64,000 bases of DNA from the NCBI GenBank assembly GCA_023334545.1, contig JAADVB010000040.1:36880-100879 (forward strand), read 5' to 3'. The DNA comes from Salisapilia sapeloensis CBS 127946. Lineage: Eukaryota; Protista; Oomycota. Shown piece by piece: positions 29,951-42,700 of this stretch. The position numbers were made by a program, and so were the translations under genes. Every line of letters starts with the position of its first letter. Positions within the stretch are counted from its first letter, which is position 1. The notes beneath the pieces were generated by a model that saw only the letters and a list, made by a program, of their open reading frames with translations, searched no databases and was not told where the DNA came from.

Positions 29951-31279
29951 TTATTTGGAATGACGCTTGCAAAAGTTCGCCATACGAGTGTAAGCATCTT
30001 CGAGGACTTCCTTGGACGGACATGTGATCGTACGGAAAAAGTTGGGCATCTCGAAGCACTTGCCAGGCATGACCAAGACCGACTCTTCTTCCAAGAACTT
30101 GTGCATAAAGTCCATGTCGTCCTCAATGTCCACGTACAAGCTTGGGTCGATCTCGACCATGGCGTACAGAGCACCCTGCGGTTCCACCACACGCATGCCT
30201 GGGATTTTGCTGATCACGTCGATCGTGAACTTGGCGTTGTCCTCGATCGTCTGGAAGTAGGACTTTTTGAACTCAGCCAACTCTTTCTCCAGCTCGCTGC
30301 CTGGCTCGGGCGTCAGCATCGCCGGAATCGTGCTCTGGCACAACGAATTTGCACCGAACGTGATCAAGGCAATGTTGCCGAAGCCAGCCCTGACTTGCTT
30401 GAGCCTGTCGTTCTTGTCGTAGACGACGACCCAGCCGATACGCCATCCAGGCACGAGGAAGTGTTTGCCCATGCCACCAACCATGATGATCGGAACGTTC
30501 TTCGAGAGCGACGCAAGTGGGTAAAAGACGTTGTCTCCGAACGTCATGTCACCGTAGATCTCGTCCGTGATGATTGGCAAGTTGTTACGCTCAGCCAATT
30601 CGAGGATCTCGAGCAAGTGCTCCTTGGTGTAGACACTGCCACACGGGTTGGATGGGTTCGTCACGAGGATACCGCGAGTCTTGTCATCGATGAGAGACTG
30701 CATGTGCTCCAAGTCGGACTCCCACTGCTTTTCAGGCAAAAGTCGGTAGAAGCGAGGTTCGATCTGACGAGAAGTACAGAAGGTCTCGTACGCGGGGAAA
30801 CCAGGCTGCGGCAAGAGGAGGTTCTCGCCAGGGTTCAAGAGGCCGGTGATGGCCATGTCAAGAGCGCCAGCACAGCCACTCGTGATGAGGACGTCATCCT
30901 TCGTCACGGGCGAAAGCTCTTCGCTGTACCGCTTGGCAATGGCAGCACGCGCATCTGCGTTGCCTGTGCTATGCTGGTATCCATTGTACTTGCCACTCCT
31001 GTGCCATGCAGTGCGTCAGTGATCGAGTTAGAAGATGATTATAGATTGCAAAATATACTTGAGGTTGTCGACGATGGTCTGTTCAAGAGCAGGTGGGCAA
31101 CGGAGGTTCCCAAACAAGGTCGGGTCACCAGCAGCAAGCAGAATGAGCTTCTTGTCCGGGTCGTTCGGCATCTTGAGGCCTTCCGTCACAGTGCGCATGG
31201 GATTCGTGATGCGCATCGCGAATTCCGAGGCCAAGATCTCCTGGACCTTTTCATAGTTGTCTTGGTTGTCAGTTGCCAT
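29951..31279 (-). CDS. TAT: Tyrosine aminotransferase-family PLP enzyme, paralogue 3 (422 aa; exons 31279-31059, 30998-29951)
   Basis: NPMR, LAAGDP; a 60-nt intron 30999-31058 joins NLK|SGKYNGY; TNPSNPCG, ITDEIYGDM, GGMGKHFLVPGWRIGW. Confidence 0.93.
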
Positions 31280-32049
31280 CTTGCGGAGACTTGTGTACTG
31301 GATGGTAGAATAGAAAGTGACAATTCCGACAGCAGATCATTGCGCTCGATGTTAGGTAGAGATAGGATGACGTAAGCATCGGCAATTCTATGGATACTAT
31401 TGGTACACTTCGCTTGTAGTAACAAGGAGGTTGTGGAAAGAGGATGTCATATATCCCGAGAGCTTCATTAATAGGTGGTCATGAAAAGATAATGAAGCGC
31501 TTGTTAGGTTCTATAGCTGTAGACTTTTGAAAGCATCAATCTTGCAAATTGTCTTTACTTGATAGGAATAGATGGTGTCATTAGCCCTGCCTTTGATAGA
31601 GAGCGATGTGCAAGATGAGATCTTGGTATCGACGTGGACGGAATCAAGTCTATGAGCAGAGTTTGACTAGGCTGAATAATGCAAAGCAAACATACGGACC
31701 TTCGGTTTTTCTTTGATGCTCGAGATTGACACGAGATTAAAAACGCGACTGTCGTAGTGACTGCATTGGCAATCAAATGCACTCACACTTTCCAATGCGC
31801 ATATAAAGCATTTTAGAATATAAGTCATTGCTCTTACAACCGTAAGATCCCAAGAATTGCTATGGCGGACAGTCTTCGCATCAAATCAAGAGATGAGCAA
31901 CCAATAGCTTCATGCAATCTTCAACACCTGTCCAAGATTTACATAACAATTAACGCGTAGCCGCTACGGTACATCCTTGGTACGTGGATATCTGCCTGCC
32001 ATTTTCACTCGATTTCTAGAAAGCACCACGACTTCACTACTGCTTTATC

Positions 32050-33507
32050 ATGGCTCCTAAGAAGAAGGACGATGTACGTAGTCTAGCATGCTGATGAAAA
32101 ATATTCACCTTTATAAAACTTTAATTCCATATTTAAAAATATCTCTCGATTCGACTTGAGATCAATGTACTCATGAAATATTTGTGTAGCAACCTGCCCG
32201 CTCCTACCTCGGTCGTCCCGGCAACAATGTCAAGATCGGTATTGTCGGTGTACCAAACGTTGGCAAAAGTACATTCTTCAACTGTCTTTCGAAGCTGAAC
32301 ATTCCGGCCGAGAACTTCCCTTTCTGTACCATCGAGCCGAATGAAGCCGTCGTCCCTGTTCCGGACCAGCGATTCAACTGGCTTGTCGACAAGTACAAGC
32401 CCACGAGCGTGTATGCACCAGTTTTCTCATTCCTACATGACCTTTGGCTGATAAATGACTGGTTTATAGGGTGCCACCCGTGATGACGATCACGGACATT
32501 GCTGGTCTTGTCAAGGGTGCTTCCGAAGGTGCTGGACTGGGTAACGCTTTCTTGTCCCACATCCAGGCCGTCGATGCCATCTACCACATGGTCCGTGGAT
32601 TCGATTCGACCGAAGTTACGCACGTCGAAGGTTTGTCTATCTTGTCTTCTAATAACTCTATCAGATGCTCACATGAAATACCTAGGCAATGTGGATCCTG
32701 TGCGTGATATGAAGATCATCCAGGACGAATTGCGTATGAAAGATCTGGCGCTCGTGACCAAGACCGTCGACGGTATGGCCAAGAACGTCGAGCGTGGTGT
32801 CGGTGGCAAAGAGAAGAAGCTCGAGTTCGAAAGCCTTTGCCGCGTGAAAGAGTGGCTGGAGGCTGGCAAGGATGTGTCCTTTGGCAACTGGGGTCCTCTT
32901 GATGTCGAAGTCTTGAACAAGCTGCAGCTCTTGACTGCCAAGCCTGTCATCTACCTCGTCAACGTCAGCAAGAAGGACTACCTGCGTAAGGGCAACAAGT
33001 ACCTTCCGAAGATTGCCGAATACGTCAAGGAGCGTGGTGGAGACGAGATTGTCATCCCCATCAGTTGTGAGTTTGAGCAGGAGATGCTCGACTTGGAACA
33101 GAGCGAGCAGTTGGCCGAGTATCAGAAGGAGAACCCGACGCACAAGAGCGTCTTGAACCGTGTGCTCAAGCAAGGATACCACGCGCTTGGTCTGATCCAC
33201 TTCTTCACGGCCGGTAAAGATGAAGTGCGAGGTTGGACGATTCGTAAGGGTCGCTACGCACCTCAGGCGGCAGGTGTGATCCACACGGACTTTGAGAAGG
33301 GATTCATCATGGCCGAAGTCCAGAGCTTTGCTGACCTGAAAGAGTTGGGAACGGAAGAAGCAGTCAAGAAGGCTGGTAAACTCAAGCAGCAAGGCAAGAA
33401 ATACGAGGTACTCTTCTATTGTATGTATAAGTTGTCTCTAGCAGATATTGATTTGTCTGGAATAGGTGCAAGACGGTGACATCATCTTTTTCAAGTTTAA
33501 CAACTAG
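32050..33507 (+). CDS. OLA1: Obg-like ATPase OLA1/YchF (389 aa; exons 32050-32073, 32190-32410, 32470-32630, 32686-33407, 33466-33507)
   Basis: [93 protein letters not shown]; four GT-AG introns (116, 59, 55, 58 nt) give an open frame. Confidence 0.96.
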
Positions 33508-33716
33508 ACGGCATCTGGAGGTCCTCCTAGTGACTAGAAAGAAATGGGAAAGTTGCTTTGGATGCACAATGTATTTGTCTTTTTATCGATTCTGTTGAAC
33601 AGGATGTGCGATCTATTCTGGAAAAAGTAAGTTTCAATTTTGGATGTGCCGTCGGACATGGGAAAAGATGAAACCACGCGTCTTTTCAAAACGACTCGCG
33701 ACGCTTGTGACGACGT

Positions 33717-33723
33717 TCATTCC
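33717..33723 (+). promoter_or_regulatory. INR of the dynein gene
   Basis: TCATTCC is a perfect YCAYTYY match, 57-63 nt upstream of the inferred ATG at 33780. Confidence 0.45.
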
Positions 33724-33779
33724 AATATCCAGACGCTTCGCCACAGCTCTATCTTCTATCTGGCACGTTATAATCGACA

Positions 33780-36700
33780 ATGGTAGGTCTCTTTTTCTAC
33801 TACTTGTCACCCATCTCTAACGATGTATTCTCCAGCCGATTGGCTTTGGCTGTGAACCAGAGCTGGTATGGTCATGTCCACGCCAGACGGGAGACATTCC
33901 ACTCAAACGGTCGGGCCATTCACTCACGCTTTACACATCCGACACAGCGTCATCCGTGTACCTCTTTGGCGGGTGCGACCACAAGTCTCCACCTGGACCA
34001 ACAAACGACTTGTATCGCCTGGATATCTCGAATGGATATGCCTGGCACAAAGTACAGCTTGGGTCGTCGGATGAACCACCGCCGAGGTGGAGACACAGTG
34101 CCGTCCTATTTGAAAAGAAGATTATCGTCTTTGGTGGATTCGCGCCGGATAAACGTCTGAACGATGTCTGGGTCTTTGATCTCGAGCTCAAGGTCTGGGA
34201 GCAGATCCACCCGGACAGTTTCTGGGAAGGACTTCCGCAATGTCGGGGCGCGCACTCTGCTACGGTCGTCGAAGACAAAATGTACGTTTTTGGAGGATAT
34301 GGTGGCAACGGGTATGGACGCATGGACTTTAATGATATGCATGCGCTTGATCTGAATCGAATGCGATGGGAAGAGATTGCTTGTGAAGGTGAAAAGCCAG
34401 AGCCTCGATCAGGACACCAGACGTGTCTAGTTGAAAGACAACTGCTTGTAGTTGGCGGATGGAATAGCGCGAAACAGTTCAACGACGCTTTCTTGTTCGA
34501 TCTGGACACCAAGACATGGAGTAACACCGTGCCGGCATTGCCAGCTCCAATATGGAACCACTCGATGGTAGGCATACGAGCTGTGCCTTACTGGAAGGTC
34601 TTCTTATTCGGAGGCACGAGTGGTGATTTGACCGAGTCTGGGACTTCCCAAGGGACGTACATGAATGACATACTCGTGCTTGACTTGGGTGCGGTGGAAT
34701 GGGTGAATCCGATTATTAAAGGTGACCCACCACTCCCCCGATCTGACACGGACGTCGTGTTCGATCGTACTACCAACCACTGCATCTTGTTTGGTGGATG
34801 GGCCAACCGTTGGTTTGATGACTTGCATGTATTGAACGGCAGCGAGATTGTCGGACCTCCATACGCCGTATCGTCGATGGAGCCGACGACAGGACCTATC
34901 ACTGGTAGGTCGACTGTGCAAGTGCATGGCGTTGATTTTGTCGATCAGGCTGTTACCGTCCGTTTCGCTGTAGCTAAAGGGGCGGTGGATGTCACAGGGA
35001 GTGTCGAGTCCAGCACTATTGTCAGCGCCACGACTCCGAACTTTGAAAAATACGGTGCCTTGTCTGCGGAAGTGCGTGTGTCGATCGGAGGCCAGCCATT
35101 CACGAACGCTTGGACGAACTTTAAATTTCACTCTGTCACATCAGCTCCAAAGTCTCTAGCGTTTGGACCTTGCTTGATAAGACTGAACGAAGCATGCGTT
35201 GCGGAACAACCAACGACGTTTGTGATTCAATCAAGAGATAAAGATGGCAATCCACGTGACTGTGGAGGTGACGAGTTCACGATCCAGTTGAAGCCTTCTG
35301 ACAAGGAGGTGAGTGAGGAGGAAGTGGTGGTGATTAGTTCTGTCGTGGATAAGAAGGATGGTAGCTACATGGTCACGTTTACACCTCCTGCCGCTGGGGA
35401 GTACGATCTCTCAGTCGAATTCGACGGGACGTTCAATGGCATCCCTGGACATGTGCGTGGATCTCCGTTTAAAGTCAGTTGCTCGGATGCGACACCGGAG
35501 AACAAAGCAGCGTGTTTGCCTCCCATTGCGAGTGGGAAGGACCTGACGTCGCCAGAGCTGGTGCGTCGTATGATGGCGACGATGAATAAACGCAATGGAG
35601 AATTTCGTCGCTTGCTTGTGGATCTGAGGAAAGACATTCCGAATAATGACGTTGATGGTCTGGATACATTGCGCAAGGTCAAGGAGATTATTAAAAAGCT
35701 TGAGAACGAGAATACATCGAATCAACTCATCCTGGATCAAGTTCGTCAGTTACTTGCGACTGTCAAGAAGATTGGAGGTCACGTGGATAAAGAGTTGAAT
35801 GAAGTGGAGAACATGGAGAAACTGTTTCACGAAGTGCAGAAGCAAGTGCCTGTTACAGAGCAGCGAATTCAAGAGCCGACGCGTATCTTTAGTGAAAAGA
35901 CCGAGGAAAAGATTGTCAATTATGAAAAGACTATCAGGTCCAAATTGGAGACGTTCAAGACGCTAGAATTCTGGTCGTCGGAGCTAAAGCCGGACAAGGG
36001 TTTGGATGCGATTAGTCTGTTCTTCCGAGATTGGGATGCAGAAATGAAGAAGTGCGAAGAGAACAAGGTGTTGTGTAACGTCTTTGGGTTTCCTCAGCTC
36101 ATGAATGAGACGATGCGCATGATGGAAGTGATGCGTGCCGACGCGGAGAGTATGAAGGGCGTTTGGGCTATCATCAAGCGTTCGAAACTCTTTTTCGAAA
36201 ACACTAAAGAGATTTTATTCAAGGAAGTCGATGTCAATGCTCTTCAAATTGAGATCCAGTCTTGCTTGAAAGAGCTCAAGAAGATGCCAAAGAGTATTCA
36301 ATGGTGTGATGCATATAAGTCTATCTTGGCTGAATGCCAAGCCTTTGATAAGACTCATCCTCTCATCCGGTGTCTATCATCGACGTACATGCGACCTCGT
36401 CATTGGAAACGGATTATGCTTAAAACGGGCGACTTCCCGACTCCGGATGAAGACCCGACACAAAAACTAGAGCTCTTGCTGAGTAAAAACTTACACCAGT
36501 TCTCCTCCGACATCACCGAAATATGCTATGAAGCCGAGAAGGAGCAAGAGTTGGAGCTTCGTTTGATTGAATTGGAAGGCATTTGGGCAGAGATCTTGTG
36601 GGAGATGAATCCTTACAACCCTGGTGCATCAGAAGAAGAGATTGTTCCGTTACTCAAGGTATCTGAAGAGAACTTTGAACTACTTGAGACCCATCAGATT

Positions 36701-39700
36701 GATGTACAAGGCATGAGTGCCTCACCTTATCAGTCCGATTTTGAGCCACGAGTTGCAAGCCTGCAGATTGGTCTTTCATCAGTAAATGAAGTGGTCTTAC
36801 TGCTTGGTGATATCCAACGATCGTGGAGCTACCTTGAACCACTCTTTATTCAGTCTGAAGAAGTAAAAAAGCAACTGCCAGAACTTACGGCGGACTTTGA
36901 AGAAATTGATGTTGATGTACGACGCATTCTCAAGGAGGCATGGGCGACACAGAATGTGCGTGAGGCATGTACAAAGCCTGAGCTTATCAAGACACTCGAA
37001 AGTATTGTAGAGAAATTGGAGCTGTGTAAGCATCGGTTGAAAGAGTTTCTGGACGGCCGTCGTCGTCAATTCCCACGCTTCTACTTTATGTCGGAAGCTG
37101 ACTTGCTCGATATTCTTTCCAACGGTTCGCACCCGGAAAGAATCATGCACCATTGTTCTAAAATCTACTTGGCGACGAAAACGTTGTCACTAGTCGAGCG
37201 TGAGCATGAGAGACCAATGGCTACTGCTTTCGTGTCTGGTGTCGGCCATGAGATCGTTGACTTTGTCGAGCCAATCGTGCTGGATGGTGAAGCTGAGATC
37301 TACCTCGAGACTGTCATGCGAGCGATGCGATTTACGCTATTTAAGCACATTGAGCGCTCCCTTGTCACCTACACAGAGATGCCGCGTGTGGAGTGGATAA
37401 ACTATAAGGACGACAGTGGGAAGCCACAGGATGCGGCGCAGATCATATTGTTAGCAGCTGCAGTTCACTACGTGAAGGAAGTCGAGTCTGCCTTCCGAGC
37501 CATGACCGAAGGTCAGAAAGATGCGATGAGCGAGTACAATAAAGTCCAAGAGAAGCAGCTTGAAGATTTGATTAAATTGACACAGAGCAACATTTCGTCT
37601 GCTGAACGACAGCGGGTGATGGTGCTCATTACGATGGATGCCCATGGGCGTGATATCGTCGCAAATATGATCCGCTCTGGCGTAGATGACATCTCGTCGT
37701 TCCAATGGCAATCACAACTGAAGCACTATTTCTCACCTCCCCAAGGAAGTTTCCTTAAGCGTGATATGAACTTCCGTGGTGCAAATAACTCAAGAGCGCA
37801 AATCCTCATTTGTGATGCCGGTATCCCGTACGATTACGAGTACTTGGGTAATGGGCCGAGACTTGTGATTACGCCACTGACGGATCGTATTTACGTGACG
37901 GCGACACAGGCTCTGAACTTGCAAATGGGCTGTGCTCCTGCTGGTCCTGCTGGTACGGGTAAAACGGAGACCACAAAGGATCTCGCGAACGCACTTGGTA
38001 AAGTCTGCTACGTATTCAACTGTTCGCCGGAAATGGACTACAAGAGTTTGGGGAACATCTTCAAAGGTCTTGCGTCATCCGGAGCTTGGGGCTGCTTTGA
38101 TGAATTCAATCGACTCGTGCCTGAAGTGCTGTCCGTGTGTTCCGTTCAGTTCAAGGCTGTGTGTGACGCATGTAAGGCAGACGATGAGCGGTTTATCCTG
38201 GAAGAAGATGAGGTGAGTCTTGATCCAACCGTTGGTGCTTTCATTACGATGAACCCTGGCTACTTGGGTCGATCCGAACTTCCGGAAGGTCTGAAAGCTC
38301 TTTTCAGACCCATGACGGTCATGGTACCGGATCTCGTGCTCATCTGTGAAAACATGCTTATGGCAGAAGGTTTCACGCAAGCCAAGATCCTTGCCTCGAA
38401 GTTTTACGGACTGTACTCGTTGCTTGGTCAATTATTGTCCAAGCAGCTTCACTACGATTGGGGTCTTCGAGCTGTGAAGAGTGTTTTGTGCGTTGCCGGT
38501 GCTTTTAAACGTGCCGAACCCGACATTCCAGAGATTGATCTTCTCATGCGAGCTCTGCGTGACTTTAACATCCCTAAGATCGTGGCGGAAGATACGGTGA
38601 TCTTCTACGGATTGCTTGGTGATCTCTTCCCAAGAGATAGTCCGAATGTAGATGTACGCAATGATCCACCTCGTAAGAGAGATATGGAGCTTGAGTCGAT
38701 GGTACAAGGAGCTTCCGAAGCAATTAACAATTCCCCACGACCAGAATTTATGCTGAAAGTGGTTCAACTATCCGAGTTGTTGGCAATTCGACACTGTGTC
38801 TTTGTGATGGGACCTCCATCTTGTGGCAAGACGGAGACGTGGAAGACTTTGCGTAAAGCTCGAGAGATCATGGGTACTCCAATGGAAGTTCAAGACTTGA
38901 ATCCAAAGTCTGTGAGTACGAACGAGCTCTATGGCTACATTGTGTTGAAAACACGTGAATGGAAGGATGGTCTACTATCTCGTATTATGCGTGATCTAGG
39001 CTCACGCCGTCGAGATAATGGAGATGAAGATAACAATCCCAAGTGGATTATCCTGGATGGTGATCTTGATGCGAATTGGATTGAGTCGATGAACTCTGTG
39101 ATGGATGATAATCGAATGCTAACGCTAGCATCCAACGAGCGTATTCCGCTCAAGTCGCACATGAAGATGATTTTCGAGATCCGAGACCTGGTGTATGCGA
39201 CGCCCGCTACTGTGTCTCGAGCTGGTATCCTCTACATCTCGACGTCGGAAGGATATCAGTGGCGTTGCTTGATCGACAGTTGGCTCGATCATCACTGTCA
39301 AGAACCTGTCGACCATCGCTTGCGCAACATGATGTTCACAGCGGAGATTCGAGAGAAATTCCAGCAATTGTTTGACCAGTACGTTGATACAACGCTAAAG
39401 TACTTCCGAAAGAAGCTTGTACCGGTTGTTCCGGTGGAAGAGATTACACTTGTGACCAATCTGCTCAACATGATTGACTGTCTACTTACGCCAGAAGTGC
39501 TGAATGACTTTACCGTGATGCAGAATACGTTCGTCTTTTGCTGCGTCTGGGCGTTCGGCTCCATCTTGACTATAAGTGATGATGGCACGAACTACGCAGC
39601 AGAGTTTAGTACGTGGTGGAAGAACGAGTGGAAAGATGTGAAGATGGCAACGTCGGCTAGTAATACGGTGTTCGACTTTTGGCTTGATCCGAGTGAATCA

Positions 39701-42700
39701 AAGTTCACCTCCTGGTCCAAGAGTCCGTACTTTTACACGGAGACGTACGTATCTCCCAGTCCAATCAACCAGATCACAGTTCCAACCACCGAGACAGCGT
39801 CTTTAGCGTTTTGGTTGGAAAACTTGTTCATTAAAAATGTGCCGGTGATGGTCTGTGGTCCTGCTGGTACGGGAAAGACGCAGAATATCGTCGGTATGCT
39901 CAAGAAGCTTAGCAAGGACGAAGCAAACGCTGCTTTCCGATACTGTACGATCAACTTTAACTTTTACACGACGGGTGCCATCTTGCAACAGGCCATGTTT
40001 ACGCAGTTGGAGAGAAAGACTGGATGCAACCTTGGTCCGCCTGGGAAAGCCAAGCTGATCTACTTCATGGACGACTTGAACTTGCCAGAGGTCGATCCGT
40101 ACAATACTCAGAGTGCGATTTCTTTGCTCCGGCAAGTGATGGAGTACAAGCACTGGTTCGACCGTGCAAAACTCCAGAACCAGAATATTCTGAACACCCA
40201 AGTCGTAGCGTCCATGAACCCTACGGCAGGCTCATTCCTTGTGAATCCGCGTCTTCAACGGCACTTCTGTACATTCGCCATGGGCATGCCAGAGGCACCA
40301 AGTCTCGTTACGATCTATGAAACGTTCCTTGGTGGTCATCTCTCTACCTTTTCCGATGAACTGAAGAACCCGCAATTTGCCAATACGCTTATTAAAGCAG
40401 CTTTGGGCCTTCACACAAGTGTCGTAAACACGTTTAGAAAGACAGCCGCGAACTTCCACTATGAGTTTAATGTCCGACACTTGTCCAATCTGTTCCAAGG
40501 ACTCATTGCATCACAAAAGTCACGTTTCACCACGATTGAAAAGTTTGTCTTCTTATGGCTGCATGAAAGCGAACGTGTGTATGGTGATCGACTGGTGTCC
40601 AAAGCGGACATTGAAAAGTATAATCAACTCGTCCAGATGCAAGCGAAAAAGAGCTTTCCTTCGTGCAATACTAGTCGGTACTATGCCGTTGAAAATTCAT
40701 GGCCACTCATCTTCTGCCACTTTGCATCGGAAGGTGATCCTGAATACGACCAGATATCTGGTCAGAATCTAGATGACTTGAAGCGCATTCTTCAGGCGCA
40801 GCTCAAGGACTACAATAACAATGAGAACAATACGGCTATGCACCTCGATTTGTTCGACGACGCTGTCAAGCACGTTGCTCGCATAGTTCGTATCTTGCGG
40901 AATGAAAGTGGACACGCATTGCTTGTTGGTGTGGGCGGCAGTGGTAAGCGTTCACTTGCACGACTTGCGTCCTATATCTGTGGCTACACTGTTCGTCAGA
41001 TCACTATCAGCTCCAAGTACGGAGAGAATGAGTTTAAGGAAGATTTGAAAAAGATGCACATGGCTGTGGTCGAAATGTCTTCTCGCAATGAAGAGGATGG
41101 TGGCTTAGTCTTTATGCTGACGGATTCACAGATTACGAACGAGAAGTTCTTGATCTATTTGAACGATTTACTTGCTTCAGGAGAGATTCCGGACTTGTTC
41201 CCGATGGAAGATGTCGATACTATCGTTAGTTTGCTGTCTCCTGTAGCAGGTACAAAGGATCGAAAGGAAGTGATCAAGTTCTACCAGAGCGAGATCCGAA
41301 AGAGACTGCATCTATGTCTCTGCTTCTCTCCTGTCGGAGATGACTTCCGAAGCCGAGCGAGAAAGTTCCCAGCGCTGGTGAATTGTACTGTTATTGATTG
41401 GTTCCAGCCGTGGCCGAAAGAAGCTTTACTGTCCGTCGGAAAAGAGAAACTTAAGGATATTGGCGACTTGCTCGGGTCGGACGAGTCTCGAGCTGGTATT
41501 GAGATTTTCATGCCGTTCTCTTTCGAGTCAGTGAACAAGTGCGCTGAAAGGTTCTTCCATGTCGAGCGTCGACATGTATACACCACTCCAAAGTCGTACT
41601 TGGAGTTGCTTCAGCTATACAAAAAGATCTTGGGGAAAAAAGTAACTGAATATGCAAATGCAATCGATCGTTTGGACAAAGGTCTACAGAAACTCAAGGA
41701 GACTGGAGACACAGTCGCTCGATTGGAAGTAGAGCTAAAGGGAAAGCTAGAAGCTGCTGAAGATAAAAAGGCCGTGGCGTCTGGGATTGCCGAGGCTGTC
41801 AATAAGGAGAAAGCTAATGTGGAGATTGAAAGTAAGAAGGCGAATGAAGAGGCTGCTAAATGTGCTATCATTCAGACGGAGGTGACGGAGAAGCAAAAGT
41901 CGACGCAGGAAGATCTTGCCAAGGCAGAGCCAGCTGTCGAGCAAGCTATGGCAGCTCTGGATTCCTTGAACAAGAAGGATCTGGGTGAATGTAAGACGAT
42001 GAGTAAGCCTCCTGCAGGTGTTGACGATATCTTTGCTGCAACAATGGTGTTGCTCGCTGGTGTCCATCCGAATGTCCAGGTCACTAAGACGGGGAAAGTA
42101 AAAGATGTGAAATGGGATACTGTGAAGAAACAATTGCTGGGTAACATTCCGGAGTACATTGACTACTTGGTTGGTTTCAAGCAAGTGGTGGACGATGGTA
42201 AAGTGCCAGTAATCAACTGGAAGGAAGTGCGAGAGTTTTTGGAAAAAGAGCACTTTAACTATGACATTATCCTGACGAAAAACAAAGCTGCGGCTGGACT
42301 TTGTTCCTGGGTCGTTAATATCGTGACGTATTACGATATCTTGATCACGGTCGAGCCGAAGCGTCAGGCGTTAGCCGCAGCCAATCTAGAGCTAGAGACT
42401 GCAAACAATAGACTTGTGGAAGTTACGGATCTTGTGGCAGAGCTCCAGGCAAAGCTAGATAAGCTGCTTGAAGAAGCTGCAGCAGCTGAGAAGGAAAAGA
42501 ACGACGCTGTAAACTCTGTGGAGGAAGGAAACCGCAAGATGAAGCTTGCTGGGACCCTAACGAATGACCTGTCGAGTGAAAATGAACGTTGGGGAATTAA
42601 TGTCTTGCAGCTGCAGCAGGAGAAAGACCTCCTGGTGGGTGATGTGCTTCTTGCATCGGCTTTCATCTCGTACATTGGACCATTCACGAAACCCTTCCGT

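Noticed and set aside
29960-31375. 471-aa antisense ORF covering all of TAT3 (similar shadows over the isochorismatase gene 13143-13781, OLA1 32682-33392 and the protease)
   Set aside because: It is the codon-aligned mirror of a strongly biased gene that avoids TTA/CTA/TCA, has no recognisable motifs, and such shadows recur over every highly biased gene here.
32074-32189. Double-length (116-nt) AT-rich first intron of OLA1 with TGATGA at 32092-97 as a box C/D snoRNA host
   Set aside because: No canonical CTGA D box near the 3' end and no terminal stem; a snoscan/Infernal hit would be needed.
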